Shown: positions 10,622 to 20,136 of the stretch, piece by piece
How the letters are laid out: every line of letters starts with the position of its first letter
Position numbering within the stretch: the first letter of the stretch is position 1
Source of the DNA: Christensenella sp. UBA7703
GTDB taxonomy: Bacteria > Bacillota > Clostridia > Christensenellales > CAG-138
Length of the DNA stretch: 64,000 nucleotides
Direction of reading: 5' to 3'
Assembly (NCBI GenBank): GCA_002482505.1
Contig: DLGD01000014.1
Span: 3,645-67,644 of the forward strand
Program-made: the position numbers and the translations under genes
The notes under the pieces: generated by a model
The model's input: the letters and a program-made list of their open reading frames with translations, nothing else
Told to the model about the DNA's origin: nothing
Databases searched by the model: none

Positions 10622-12763
10622 TTATCTGTGATGGCGGCGACGGCGAGGAGTATTGGCGATTTGCATGATCAACAGTACGACGCCGAAGAGAAGGATGATG
10701 CCGCCGCAGATGTAGATCCAAGAATAGGTCGTGACCTTGATCGACTCATCCGTGTTATCCGTTGGGGACTGTTCAAACGGGCGAACCGTACCACTCTGCT
10801 TGATCGAGGTCGGGGTATAGTTCCCATCGCCGGTACGAGTGGTGGTGAGGGAATAAGGTTCGTTCTCCAGTGCGGTGACGGTGACGGTATAGGTATCCGG
10901 TTCTGCCGCCGGATCGACCTTGCAGCCAGTGGGGGTGAAGTCCACCGCGCCACTCCCGCTGCCACCCGTGAGACGGATATCAAACGTGCTGCCGGAGAAT
11001 GCATTATCGATCCAGCCGCTCATCGCAAGCGCAGCCTGTACGGCACCCGAAGTGGTTCCTTCAAACGTTGCTGCGGCAGAGGGTTCATAGGTGGCATCGC
11101 CCGCTTTACCAACGCTGACGGAATACTCTTTCCCGGCCAGCGGGTAGACGGAGATGATATAGACGTTGGTCTCGCCGCTCTTGAGCCGCGCCATGCAGCC
11201 GTCATTGGTGGAGAGTGTCGTGGCGCCCGTTCCGTTGCCGCCGATGACTTTAACTTCAAACGCGCTGCCGGCAGGTGCGTTTGCAATCCAGTTTTCAACC
11301 TGAACCGCATTCTGGATGCCTTTGCCGGACTGACCGTGATAGGTGCGCGTCTGCTGGGATTCATACCGAGCCGTCTCACTCATCACGGCGCTGAGCGAAT
11401 AACCGCCGGCCGAGGTAACCGTGACGGAGAATTTCGTTTCCGCGGTTCCGGTCGCAGGGGAAACGGTACAGCCGCTTGCAACAAAGCTGATCGGCGCGTC
11501 GTCCGCCCCGCCGACCACGCGGATCGGGAATGTGTCGTTGCAGTTCTTCGCTTCTGACCAGCCGGAGACAGCGAGCGTATGCGCGCGCGTCTTCACGGAA
11601 ACACCGCTTTCGGAGGCGGAGACGCTGTTGTAACCATAGTTGCCCGCGCGGGTTGCCGTCAGGGCATATGGGCCAACGCCGTCCACCGTAACTTCGTATT
11701 GATCGCCGGAGACCAGCACCGCCGTGCAGTTGACGGTTTCGAGCGTCAACGCTTCGCTGGTGCTTCCGCCAGTGATGCGAAGCTGGAAGGGTTCGCCGCT
11801 CTTTGCATCGTTCACCCAATCTTCGATGCGAATCTTGGACTGATTGGACTTGCTGGAGCATCCGCTCAAAAGTGCGGAGTAGGCGGCGTTATAATTGGTG
11901 TTGCCGTCCATCATCGCGCTCAGCGAATAGGCGCCGACGCGGGTGACGGTGACTTCAAACTCGGTATCCACAGTGCCGACGGCGGGTTCAACCGTGCATC
12001 CGTCCGTCTGGAACGAGACGGCGCCGTTTGTGCTGCCACCCTGCACTTGGATCTTGAAGTGATCGTAATAGTCGTCTCCGCCACCCCAGCCGACGATGTT
12101 CAGCGGCATTTGATCCGCGCGTCCGGCAAGTCCTGTGCGCGTATCACGCGCAAGATCGGAAGTGCCATTCTTCGCAGCAGTCAGGGAATACGGGCCGGAG
12201 CCTGTGACGGTGACGGTATATGTGTCTGCGCCCGTTCCGCTCAGCGGGAAAACGGTGCAATTGGTCGCGGTAAAGTTGACGGGTTCTGTAGCGGAAATAC
12301 CCTTGAGGGTAACATCAAAACTCTCGCCGCAGTTTTTCGCGCCCTGCCAGGACAGAATGGAAAGCGCGTTGGCGTCCCGAATCGCAAACTCGGACACGCC
12401 GGGGGCAACCGGAGCATCCTCAGTCGGCTGAAATTGTACGACGTTGTCTTTTACGGGCTGCGAGGCGCTCTCCTGCTTGGTTTCGTCTACCTGGAAGGAC
12501 TGCAAGAGCGTTTTTGTTGCCGCGCTCGCAGGCTTATAGGCAAAGATAACCGCAAGCCCGAAGAAAAGAATGAATGCAACGAGTGCATATGCCCTTCTTT
12601 TAGCCCGTTTCCTCGCAGAGCGAACAGACCGACCACGATTCGGTGTCCGGCTGGGCGGAGCGACATGTGAAGATGTGTACCTACCCGTCTGTCCCATCGT
12701 CATTTCCCCCGGTTCTTCGATGCAAAACTCAGCCATGAAGCGGAATCCCGCAGCGTCCGTCAT
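10622..12763 (-). CDS. membrane-anchored surface protein with six tandem Ig-like modules (no family name assigned)
   Basis: 713 aa. The layout is: a basic N-terminus; TM1 at about aa 58-76; six ~90-aa modules of shared pattern (W..a..G..F.v.v.GG...a..f....C.v.P......y.vtV...g.YslsA....g.Y); TM2 at about aa 682-701; and the tail NTPRRRRHHR. The true start may be M23 at 12697, which has a gggggaa SD. Confidence 0.75.
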   Translation of the reverse strand: MTDAAGFRFMAEFCIEEPGEMTMGQTGRYTSSHVAPPSRTPNRGRSVRSARKRAKRRAYALVAFILFFGLAVIFAYKPASAATKTLLQSFQVDETKQESASQPVKDNVVQFQPTEDAPVAPGVSEFAIRDANALSILSWQGAKNCGESFDVTLKGISATEPVNFTATNCTVFPLSGTGADTYTVTVTGSGPYSLTAAKNGTSDLARDTRTGLAGRADQMPLNIVGWGGGDDYYDHFKIQVQGGSTNGAVSFQTDGCTVEPAVGTVDTEFEVTVTRVGAYSLSAMMDGNTNYNAAYSALLSGCSSKSNQSKIRIEDWVNDAKSGEPFQLRITGGSTSEALTLETVNCTAVLVSGDQYEVTVDGVGPYALTATRAGNYGYNSVSASESGVSVKTRAHTLAVSGWSEAKNCNDTFPIRVVGGADDAPISFVASGCTVSPATGTAETKFSVTVTSAGGYSLSAVMSETARYESQQTRTYHGQSGKGIQNAVQVENWIANAPAGSAFEVKVIGGNGTGATTLSTNDGCMARLKSGETNVYIISVYPLAGKEYSVSVGKAGDATYEPSAAATFEGTTSGAVQAALAMSGWIDNAFSGSTFDIRLTGGSGSGAVDFTPTGCKVDPAAEPDTYTVTVTALENEPYSLTTTRTGDGNYTPTSIKQSGTVRPFEQSPTDNTDESIKVTTYSWIYICGGIILLFGVVLLIMQIANTPRRRRHHR
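10808..12367 (-). repeat. six tandem, diverged ~88-92-aa domain repeats (similar at protein level, not at DNA level)
   Basis: Aligned by eye. Repeat units are approximately aa 133-200, 219-292, 309-380, 395-470, 485-562 and 577-652 of the 10622..12763 product. Confidence 0.7.
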
Positions 12764-13259
12764 CTCGTAACAAATGCGTTACGGTATATTCATGGAAATT
12801 TAATATTATACTATCGTCCTGAGTATACAATGTCAAGGAAAATTTTACAAATTATTGTATTTGCGAGAGATTTCATGCACAAGCTGTTGGGGTTTGTATG
12901 CGCGTTCATAATTTATTTTTTTTCTTGGATTTTGCCCGATTTGTATAAGAATTTTGTTGCATTTTTTGTGGTGGGGGAAGGATGTCCATTTTACATCCTG
13001 TTTGGTATAATGGGTCGTAAAAGTGCAAAAAAATACAGGATTTTACATACCTTATGGGGTAACTGCCCAAAAACGGGAACGAATGATCAAAAAAGACAGG
13101 CTGCAAGATGCAAAGTGGCAAAAAGTGGTGCGCAAGCCGCGCATTGGAACGAAAAAGCCATTGGTTTGATCGAATGGCCAGAGGGTTCTTTCTTTTTCTA
13201 CGGCGCGTACTTTATAAGAACATCGCGCAGCTCTGAATGGACAAAGTTGAGGTTGAAAC

Positions 13260-14747
13260 ATGGTTGACCAAGATCAAAGAGAACAGATTCGGCTCCACGA
13301 GGCGCTGAAGCAATATGTTGTGTTTCTGGAGACGCGAGGAATTTCATCCCGCACAGAAACGATTTCTGTGACGGGGGCGCTTGGCCGCGTGAGCGCGTCC
13401 GCAGCGTATGCGCAAACGCCCTGCATGGTACCGCCGCAACAGGTCTGCTCCGGCGAAGGGTTCGCTGCGGGGGAGATGCTCCTGCAATCGTATCTTGAAA
13501 TCACTCCCGCGGTGATTGCCGCACTGCTCAGCGGCGGCGTGCGGTCGGTTTCTGTTTTGTCAAAGCCGAGCGTTGGGATCATCTTCGCTGGTTTTGCGCC
13601 CGCAATCGATGCAGCCGGCGCGCGTTGGAATGCTGCTTTTGAGCCGAGCGCCGCGCTCTATTGCGCGATGCTCACACGCTGGGGCGCGGAGGGAATTGCT
13701 TATTTTGACGCGGGATGCGAACCGGATACACTGCGCTCTGTGCTTTTGCGCGCGGCAAAAGAGCGTGACCTCGTGTTACTTTGCACAGAAGCAACGCAGG
13801 GTATTCCGGCTGATGTGTTGAATCCGCTTGTCGAAGTCTGTGTCGATGGCATCGCGATCCATCCCGGCGGAGATATCCTGCTTGGTGCCATCGAAGCCGT
13901 GCCGATCATCTGCACATCCTCCGATCCTTCTTGCGGCATCGTCGTGCTGGAGGAGCTGGTCAAGCCGGTGCTCGACCGGCTGCTCATGCGGGAGCGGGAC
14001 GCTGCGGAGAGCGTTTGTGTCAAGATGGGCAAGCCATATGTCTCAATAGAGAGAGCGCGAGAGTTTGTCCCGGCAAAACTGGGGTTTGATCCGGAAGGAA
14101 GCCTCGTTGTCCTGCCGATTCCGGTGGGCGAAAACGGGGGAGAGACCCTCGTTGAAGCGGATTGCATCCTCGACGTGCCGCAAAATTGCGCGGGATATGC
14201 GGCGGGCGAACGCGCGCATGTGCGGCTGCTCAAGCCCATCGATCGTATCGCGCGGACGGTCCGTATCTGCGGCAGCCACGATCCGTTCCTGGACGAGGCG
14301 GCGGATGCTCTGCGGCGCACGGAGATCCGCGCCTATGTCAGCAGCGAGCGCGCCGGAAACGAGGACGCGATGCTTGCGCTCTGCCGCGGGGAATGCCATC
14401 TTGCCAGCATCTGTCTGCCGGACGAAACCGACAGTGTATCCTATATTGAGCAACGCCTTCCTGCGGGCGGCATGGCGCTGGTGGAAGGTGTGCGGCGTGT
14501 GCAGGCTGCGTTTATTACCAGCGAAAATCCGCTTTCTGGGCAAGCGTATGATCTGCTTGTTTCACTTGACGCGATGGAGAACCCTCAGGTGCGCGCATTT
14601 TTACACGTGCTGGGGAGCGAACTGTTCTTGAGCAGGCTGGACGCGTTCGGCGGATACCGCTATGACAAGCCGGGGCGAATCAAGAAGATTTGGCCGGGGA
14701 AAGAGCACGAGCCGGAAACGGAACCGAAAACAGGCCAGGGAACCTGA
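13260..14747 (+). CDS. MoeA-like N-terminal domain fused to a periplasmic-binding-protein-like domain (molybdopterin biosynthesis related)
   Basis: 495 aa. The N-terminal part resembles MoeA domains I/II. The C-terminal part (VRICGSHDPFLDEAADAL...) resembles the PBP-like domain found in clostridial split-MoeA proteins. It sits at the head of a Moco gene cluster. Confidence 0.55.
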   Translation: MVDQDQREQIRLHEALKQYVVFLETRGISSRTETISVTGALGRVSASAAYAQTPCMVPPQQVCSGEGFAAGEMLLQSYLEITPAVIAALLSGGVRSVSVLSKPSVGIIFAGFAPAIDAAGARWNAAFEPSAALYCAMLTRWGAEGIAYFDAGCEPDTLRSVLLRAAKERDLVLLCTEATQGIPADVLNPLVEVCVDGIAIHPGGDILLGAIEAVPIICTSSDPSCGIVVLEELVKPVLDRLLMRERDAAESVCVKMGKPYVSIERAREFVPAKLGFDPEGSLVVLPIPVGENGGETLVEADCILDVPQNCAGYAAGERAHVRLLKPIDRIARTVRICGSHDPFLDEAADALRRTEIRAYVSSERAGNEDAMLALCRGECHLASICLPDETDSVSYIEQRLPAGGMALVEGVRRVQAAFITSENPLSGQAYDLLVSLDAMENPQVRAFLHVLGSELFLSRLDAFGGYRYDKPGRIKKIWPGKEHEPETEPKTGQGT

Positions 14748-14811
14748 CGATATTCGGACTAAAGCGTTATTCTTTTCAAAATAATATATCTGCCAAAAAA
14801 TTGGGATGCGC

Positions 14812-14840
14812 TTGCCAAAGTTTGTTTGCCGCCGTATGAT
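14812..14840 (+). promoter_or_regulatory. candidate sigma-A promoter for moaC-moaA
   Basis: TTGCCA (14812-14817), a 17-nt spacer, then TATGAT (14835-14840). This predicts an ~85-nt leader that contains competing CGGCGG/CCGCCG helices. Confidence 0.4.
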
Positions 14841-14933
14841 AGAATTATCCTGCGGCGGTTATTTTAATTGGAAAACATCGCCGCGCGGGAGGCCGCCAAA
14901 GAGCGGCGGGATAGACGAAAGGAGACGGCGTAC

Positions 14934-15434
14934 ATGGGCGAGACCCTCACACACGTCAACGAGCGCGGAGAAGCGCACATGGTGGATGTCTCCGAAAAAG
15001 ATGTGACCCACCGTGAGGCGATTGCAGAGAGCTTTGTCGTCATGAAGCCGGAGACGCTTGCGCTCATCCAGAGCGGAAGCGCGTTAAAGGGGGACGTGTT
15101 TGCCACCGCGCGTATCGCGGGTATTCTCGCCGCCAAGCGAACGAGCGAACTCATTCCGCTGTGCCATCCCATCGCGCTGACGTCGGTCAAGGTAGACCTA
15201 CTTGCCTGCCCGCCGGATCGCGTACATATCATCGCGGAGGTACGCTGTGACGAAAAGACGGGCGTAGAGATGGAGGCGCTGACAGCGGCGAGCGTCGCCG
15301 CGCTGACCATCTACGACATGTGCAAAGCCGTTGATCGCGGCATGGAGATTACGACCACGCGGCTGCTCAAAAAAAGCGGCGGCAAGAGCGGCACCTTTGA
15401 GCGTGAGGCGGGGGACTGTAACCCGATCGCGTAA
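14934..15434 (+). CDS. moaC: cyclic pyranopterin monophosphate synthase MoaC
   Basis: ATG at 14934 follows aaaggagacgg. The product reads [25 protein letters not shown]...IPLCHPI...[18 protein letters not shown], which is typical MoaC. Confidence 0.93.
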   Translation: MGETLTHVNERGEAHMVDVSEKDVTHREAIAESFVVMKPETLALIQSGSALKGDVFATARIAGILAAKRTSELIPLCHPIALTSVKVDLLACPPDRVHIIAEVRCDEKTGVEMEALTAASVAALTIYDMCKAVDRGMEITTTRLLKKSGGKSGTFEREAGDCNPIA

Positions 15435-15531
15435 TTCATATGAAAGAGCGGCACACCGCGGATCAAAACACCACAAACTTTCGCAAGCATATCGCAATCA
15501 TATCGATTGATAGAAAGAAAACAAAGAATCC

Positions 15532-16482
15532 ATGAACGACCGCTTTGGACGCACAATTTCATACCTCCGGCTCTCGCTGACGGAGCGCTGCACGCTCAAG
15601 TGCGCCTATTGCCGCGCGGGCGAAGGCATCTGCCCCAAGAAAGGCGAGCTCACGCGGGAAGAATTCCTGCGCATCGTGCGCGCATTCGCTACGATTGGAG
15701 TCAAAAAAGTGCGCCTTACAGGCGGCGAACCCATGCTGCGCCGGGATCTGCTCTCGATCATCGCCGGAATCCGCGCGATACCCGAAATCGAAGAGATCAC
15801 CATGACGACCAACGGACAGCATCTGCCGAACCAGAGCCGCGCGCTACGGGAGGCGGGGCTCAACCGCCTGAATATCAGCGTAGATTCGCTCAAGCCGGAG
15901 CGCTATGCCGCAATCACCGGCGGCGGCTCGCTTTCTCGCGTGCTGACAGGGATTGAGGAAGCGTATGCGGCGGGGTTTGATTCGCTCAAGATCAACGTCG
16001 TACTGCTTCGCGGACAAAACGACGACGAGACGGGAGATTTCATCGCGCTGACCAAGGATCGAAACCTATCCGTGCGGTTCATCGAATATATGCCGCTGGG
16101 GGAAACCGACCAGGCGGACCTGCGCGTCACGGGGGCGGAGTTGCTGCAAAAACATCCGGAGCTGGTTCCCGTTGCGCCATCCTATATTGGTCAGCCTGCG
16201 CGGGACTATCGTATACCGGGTTCTATTGGGCGCGTGGGGATGATCGACCCCGTTTCGCATCGCTTCTGTGCGGACTGCAACCGCATGCGGGTGATGAGCG
16301 ACGGCATGCTGCGCCCTTGCCTCGGCTCCAATGAAGAATTTTCGCTGAAAGAAGCGCTTGCCCAGGAAGGCGATGAGGCGCTGCTTGCTGTGATCGCAGA
16401 GGCGATTGCGAGAAAGCCGGAGACGCATTGCTTTGACGAAGGCTTCTCGACGGAGAAGAACATGAGCCAAATCGGCGGTTAA
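15532..16482 (+). CDS. moaA: GTP 3',8-cyclase MoaA (radical SAM)
   Basis: N-terminal YLRLSLTERCTLKCAYCR contains the CxxxCxxC cluster motif. The C-terminal CADCNRMRVMSDGMLRPCL is the second cluster typical of MoaA. Confidence 0.93.
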   Translation: MNDRFGRTISYLRLSLTERCTLKCAYCRAGEGICPKKGELTREEFLRIVRAFATIGVKKVRLTGGEPMLRRDLLSIIAGIRAIPEIEEITMTTNGQHLPNQSRALREAGLNRLNISVDSLKPERYAAITGGGSLSRVLTGIEEAYAAGFDSLKINVVLLRGQNDDETGDFIALTKDRNLSVRFIEYMPLGETDQADLRVTGAELLQKHPELVPVAPSYIGQPARDYRIPGSIGRVGMIDPVSHRFCADCNRMRVMSDGMLRPCLGSNEEFSLKEALAQEGDEALLAVIAEAIARKPETHCFDEGFSTEKNMSQIGG

Positions 16483-16566
16483 ACGCAACGTGCGCGGGTC
16501 ACGGAACACCGGAGATTTACCAAGTATGGTATTAGTAGAATTCTGAATCAATCGAGAGGAAAAAAC

Positions 16567-17001
16567 GTGGCAAAGATTACGTCCATCAACATCAGCCCGA
16601 AGAAGGGCACCTTCAAGCAGCCCGTTGAACGCGCGGAACTCCGCGTGGATCACGGAATTGTTGGCGATGCGCACGCGGGCAACTGGCACCGACAGATCAG
16701 CCTGCTTGCGCAGGAGAGCATCGACAAGATGACTGCGCTGGGTTTGGATGATCTCACGCCCGGCAAATTTGCGGAGAATATTACCACGGAGGGTATTGCT
16801 CTTTACACGTTGCCTGTCGGCACGATTCTGCGGCTCGGCAGCTGCCGCGTCGAGGTCACACAGATCGGCAAAGAATGCCACCAGCACTGCGAGATCTACA
16901 AAAAAGTGGGTCAATGCATCATGCCGCACGAGGGAATCTTTGTGCGCGTGCTGACGCCGGGCGAGATCGAAATTGGCGACGCGGTCACAATCGAAGCATA
17001 A
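16567..17001 (+). CDS. MOSC domain-containing protein
   Basis: 144 aa. GTG start after gagaggaaaaaac. The fold pattern looks MOSC-like (GDAHAG..HRQISLL..). It sits inside the Moco cluster. Confidence 0.75.
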   Translation: MAKITSINISPKKGTFKQPVERAELRVDHGIVGDAHAGNWHRQISLLAQESIDKMTALGLDDLTPGKFAENITTEGIALYTLPVGTILRLGSCRVEVTQIGKECHQHCEIYKKVGQCIMPHEGIFVRVLTPGEIEIGDAVTIEA

Positions 17002-17015
17002 GAACACGGATTTCT

Positions 17016-17037
17016 GCGGGCGGAGCCCGCTTTTTTT
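17016..17037 (+). terminator. intrinsic terminator after the MOSC gene
   Basis: gcgggc gga gcccgc followed by ttttttt. Confidence 0.7.
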
Positions 17038-17155
17038 CACCCCACTATTAAATAAGATTGGAGGATATATCGTTGTTGTTCTGAAAAATCGTTCAGCATG
17101 ATGCAACACATTGAAAAGCGTTGTTTTTTCAGAAAAATAATGATATGATTCGCGT

Positions 17156-18181
17156 ATGAAGCTCATTGACACAAAGGATGCCGTAGGTCACGTGCTTTGC
17201 CATGACCTGACGCGCATCGTCCCGGGAGAAAGCAAAGACGCGCAGTTTCGCAAAGGACATATCGTCACGAAGGACGATATCCCCATGTTGCTTTCAATGG
17301 GAAAAGATCATCTATATGTCTGGGAAGTGGACGAAAACACCCTCCACGAAAACGAAGCGGCGGATCGTCTCGCGCGCCTTTGCGAAAGCGAACACATGCG
17401 CCGGGGAGAGGTCAAAGAGGGCAAGATTGAACTCTTTGCAACCGAGGACGGCGTATTCACGGTAGACGTTGCGCGTATGGACGCGCTCAATGACCTGCCG
17501 GACATCATGGTGGCCTCCCGCTACACCAACAGCCCCGTCAAAGCCGGAGACAAGCTCGCGGGAACGCGGATCATTCCGCTGCTGATCGATCAACGGCGCA
17601 TCGACGAAGCGGAAGCTCTCATGGGAAGCGAACCGCTGATGCGGCTCACGCCCTATCGAAAAGGACTCAAGGCGGGCATCGTCGTCACCGGAAACGAAGT
17701 ATTTCACGGCAGAATCACAGATAAATTCACCCCCGTTGTGGAGAAAAAGCTTGCCGCACTGGGCGTACCGTTGACCCAGCGCCGCGTGAGCGACGACAAC
17801 ACGGAGAACATTGTCAAAGCGATTGCCGAAGTGCGCGCAAGCGGGGTCGATATCGTCCTCTGCTCCGGCGGCATGAGCGTGGACCCGGACGACCGCACGC
17901 CCGCCGCGATTCGCGACAGCGGCGCCGAGATCGTTACCTATGGCGCGCCTGTGTTGCCCGGGGCAATGTTCCTGCTGGGATATTATGCAGACGGCGTGCC
18001 CGTGATGGGGCTGCCGGGTTGCGTGATGTATTCCCGCGCGTCGATTTTCGATATCGTTTTGCCGCGCGTGGTTGCGGGTATTCGTATCGCGCGGCGCGAC
18101 CTGACGCGCCTTGGCAACGGCGGGCTTTGCCTGCAATGCGAGGTTTGCACCTATCCCAACTGCGGGTTTGGCAAGGAGTAA
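17156..18181 (+). CDS. molybdopterin-binding (MoCF-biosynthesis domain) protein, MoeA-like second half
   Basis: 341 aa. The central GIVVTGNEV...DIVLCSGGMSVDPDDRTP segment matches the MoaB/MogA/MoeA domain III type fold. The C-terminus is Cys-rich (CLQCEVCTYPNC). Confidence 0.65.
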   Translation: MKLIDTKDAVGHVLCHDLTRIVPGESKDAQFRKGHIVTKDDIPMLLSMGKDHLYVWEVDENTLHENEAADRLARLCESEHMRRGEVKEGKIELFATEDGVFTVDVARMDALNDLPDIMVASRYTNSPVKAGDKLAGTRIIPLLIDQRRIDEAEALMGSEPLMRLTPYRKGLKAGIVVTGNEVFHGRITDKFTPVVEKKLAALGVPLTQRRVSDDNTENIVKAIAEVRASGVDIVLCSGGMSVDPDDRTPAAIRDSGAEIVTYGAPVLPGAMFLLGYYADGVPVMGLPGCVMYSRASIFDIVLPRVVAGIRIARRDLTRLGNGGLCLQCEVCTYPNCGFGKE

Positions 18182-18283
18182 CGGAAGAATTTTTTACCGC
18201 AAGCCGTTCTTCATGCCCTCATTCGATGGTTATCGCGACTTTCCGCGTGCCATAGATCAAGTAGAATTGAGAGGATCAAACAC

Positions 18284-19195
18284 ATGAAGAAATGGATTGC
18301 CCTGACTCTTGCCGTCGTCATGATGGCGATGCTCGGCGCATGCGCCGCAACGGCAGCGCCCGCCGTAACCGAAGTACCCGTGGCGACCGAAGCCGCAACG
18401 GAAGCTCCTGTTGCGACACCCGAACCCGTGGCAGCGCCGCTGGAAGCAGCCGAGGTGCAGCTGTTCATTGCTGCAAGCCTGGAAGGCGCGTTTAAGGAGA
18501 TCATTCCGCTCTACAACCAGAGCCAGCCGAACGTCACGATCACCTACAACGCGGATAGCTCCGGCACGCTGCTCACCCAGGTGCAGGAAGGCTTTGCCTG
18601 TGACATCTTCTTCTCTGCGGCGACAAGCCAGGTGAAGACGCTGGAAGACGAAGGCTTTATGATTGCGGGCAGCCGCGTAGACCTGCTTGCCAACAAGCTT
18701 GCGCTGATCACCCTCAAGGGCAGCGGCACGACCGTGACCGGATTTGCCGACCTAGCCAAAGCAAAGAGCATTGCCCTTGCCGACGGCAGCGTCCCCGCGG
18801 GCAAATACACCCGCCAGCTGCTGATCAAACTCGGCGTGCTCGACGGCACGAAGGAAGCCAAGGATTATACCACGGCGGATGTCTCCGCGGCGCTCGGCGG
18901 CGTGGAGATCAACGAGTGCAGCAACGTCAGCAAGGTGAAAGAGGCGGTCAAGGAAGGCTCCAACGAAGTCGGAACGGTGTATTATTCCGATGCGTATTCC
19001 GTCAAGGACGACGTGGATATTCTCGAAGTTGCGGATACCGCGCTCACCGGCGATATTCTCTATCCTGTCTGCCGCGTGAACAACGCGGAAGCGACCGCGG
19101 CCGAGACCGCAGCCGCGGACGATTTCATCGCCTTCCTCCAGACGGACGCGGTGAAAGCCATCTTCGAAAAATTCATGTTCATCATCAATAAGTAA
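18284..19195 (+). CDS. modA: molybdate ABC transporter substrate-binding lipoprotein ModA
   Basis: Lipobox MAMLGAC. The core contains IAASLEGAF...ADSSGTLLTQVQEG...DIFFSA, typical of ModA. It is followed by modB and modC. Confidence 0.88.
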   Translation: MKKWIALTLAVVMMAMLGACAATAAPAVTEVPVATEAATEAPVATPEPVAAPLEAAEVQLFIAASLEGAFKEIIPLYNQSQPNVTITYNADSSGTLLTQVQEGFACDIFFSAATSQVKTLEDEGFMIAGSRVDLLANKLALITLKGSGTTVTGFADLAKAKSIALADGSVPAGKYTRQLLIKLGVLDGTKEAKDYTTADVSAALGGVEINECSNVSKVKEAVKEGSNEVGTVYYSDAYSVKDDVDILEVADTALTGDILYPVCRVNNAEATAAETAAADDFIAFLQTDAVKAIFEKFMFIINK

Positions 19196-19200
19196 GCGCT

Positions 19201-19316
19201 CAAATCCAATCAATCGGATTTATCTTCCAAACACAAAACGAGCAATATGAGACAACAACGCCCGCCGTCCAAGTCATCTGGCGGCGGGCGGATTCGTCTC
19301 TTTGGATTTGTTTTCT
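19201..19316 (+). promoter_or_regulatory. nested stem-loop element in the modA-modB spacer (candidate terminator/attenuator)
   Basis: Outer 9-bp pairing: caaatccaa (19201-19209) with ttggatttg (19302-19310), followed by ttttc. Inner perfect 9-bp GC hairpin: cgcccgccg (19259-19267) / cggcgggcg (19282-19290). Confidence 0.4.
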
Positions 19317-19384
19317 GATGTGATAAGATGAATTGAGTGCAAAAAGAGTAGACATATGCAAGTTTTTCCGAAAGGAGGCAGACA

Positions 19385-20089
19385 ATGCAGGAGATTTGGG
19401 ACATACTCAAAACCCTCGACTACAGCCCGCTCTGGATTTCACTCAAGACAGGTTTGGTTGCAACCGTGCTCTGCTTCTTCCTCGGCATCTGGGCGGCGCG
19501 GCGCGTGATGCGCATGGGTAAGCGCGCAAAGGCGTTTGCGGACGGGCTGCTCACGCTGCCGATGGTGCTGCCGCCGACGGTTGCGGGCTTCTTCCTGCTG
19601 CTGATCTTTAGCCTCCGCCGGCCGATCGGATCATTTTTGTATCAGGAACTCTCCATCAAGGTGGTGCAGACTTGGCTTGGCTGCATCCTTGCGGCAAGCG
19701 TGATCGCGTTCCCGCTGATGTATCGAAACGCGCGTGCCGCCTTTGAGCAGGTGGATATCGAGCTGATCTATGCCGGACGCACGCTGGGCATGAGCGAACG
19801 CGCGATCTTCTGGCGTGTAGTGCTGCCCTCGGCTGGCCCGGGCGTGGTCAGCGGAACGATTCTTACCTTCGCCCGCGCGCTCGGCGAATATGGCGCGACC
19901 AGCATGCTCGCGGGGAATATCGCGGGCAAGACGGGCACGATCTCCCAGCGCATCGCGATGGTGATTCAGAACGGGGATTATCTGACCGCAGGACTCTGGG
20001 TGATCATCATACTGCTGATTTCGTTTGGCATCGTGGTGCTCATGAACTTCTTTGCCGACTCAAAAATGAAGAATATCAAGAAATGGTGA
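19385..20089 (+). CDS. modB: molybdate ABC transporter permease ModB
   Basis: SD gaaaggagg. The product has the EAA-like loop ...AGRTLGMSERAIFWRVVLP.. typical of ModB/CysTW permeases. Confidence 0.9.
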   Translation: MQEIWDILKTLDYSPLWISLKTGLVATVLCFFLGIWAARRVMRMGKRAKAFADGLLTLPMVLPPTVAGFFLLLIFSLRRPIGSFLYQELSIKVVQTWLGCILAASVIAFPLMYRNARAAFEQVDIELIYAGRTLGMSERAIFWRVVLPSAGPGVVSGTILTFARALGEYGATSMLAGNIAGKTGTISQRIAMVIQNGDYLTAGLWVIIILLISFGIVVLMNFFADSKMKNIKKW

Positions 20090-20136
20090 TTCGGTCTTCG
20101 GATGTCATTTTGAGAATATAGAAATACGGAGAACAC

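Noticed and set aside
12764-13259. Moco riboswitch in the ~500-nt leader region upstream of the first Moco gene.
   Set aside because: I could not find the conserved CCGAGCC / GGCC / AAAGGAG arrangement. Only short unrelated hairpins are present. It remains to be tested with RF01055.
12830-13267. 145-aa ORF in the AT-rich region between the Ig-like protein gene and the MoeA-like gene.
   Set aside because: It has no SD and a composition typical of AT-rich non-coding sequence (Phe/Lys/Ile runs). It overlaps the start of the next gene. The region more likely holds the two divergent promoters, including an extended -10 TGGTATAAT near 12997-13005.
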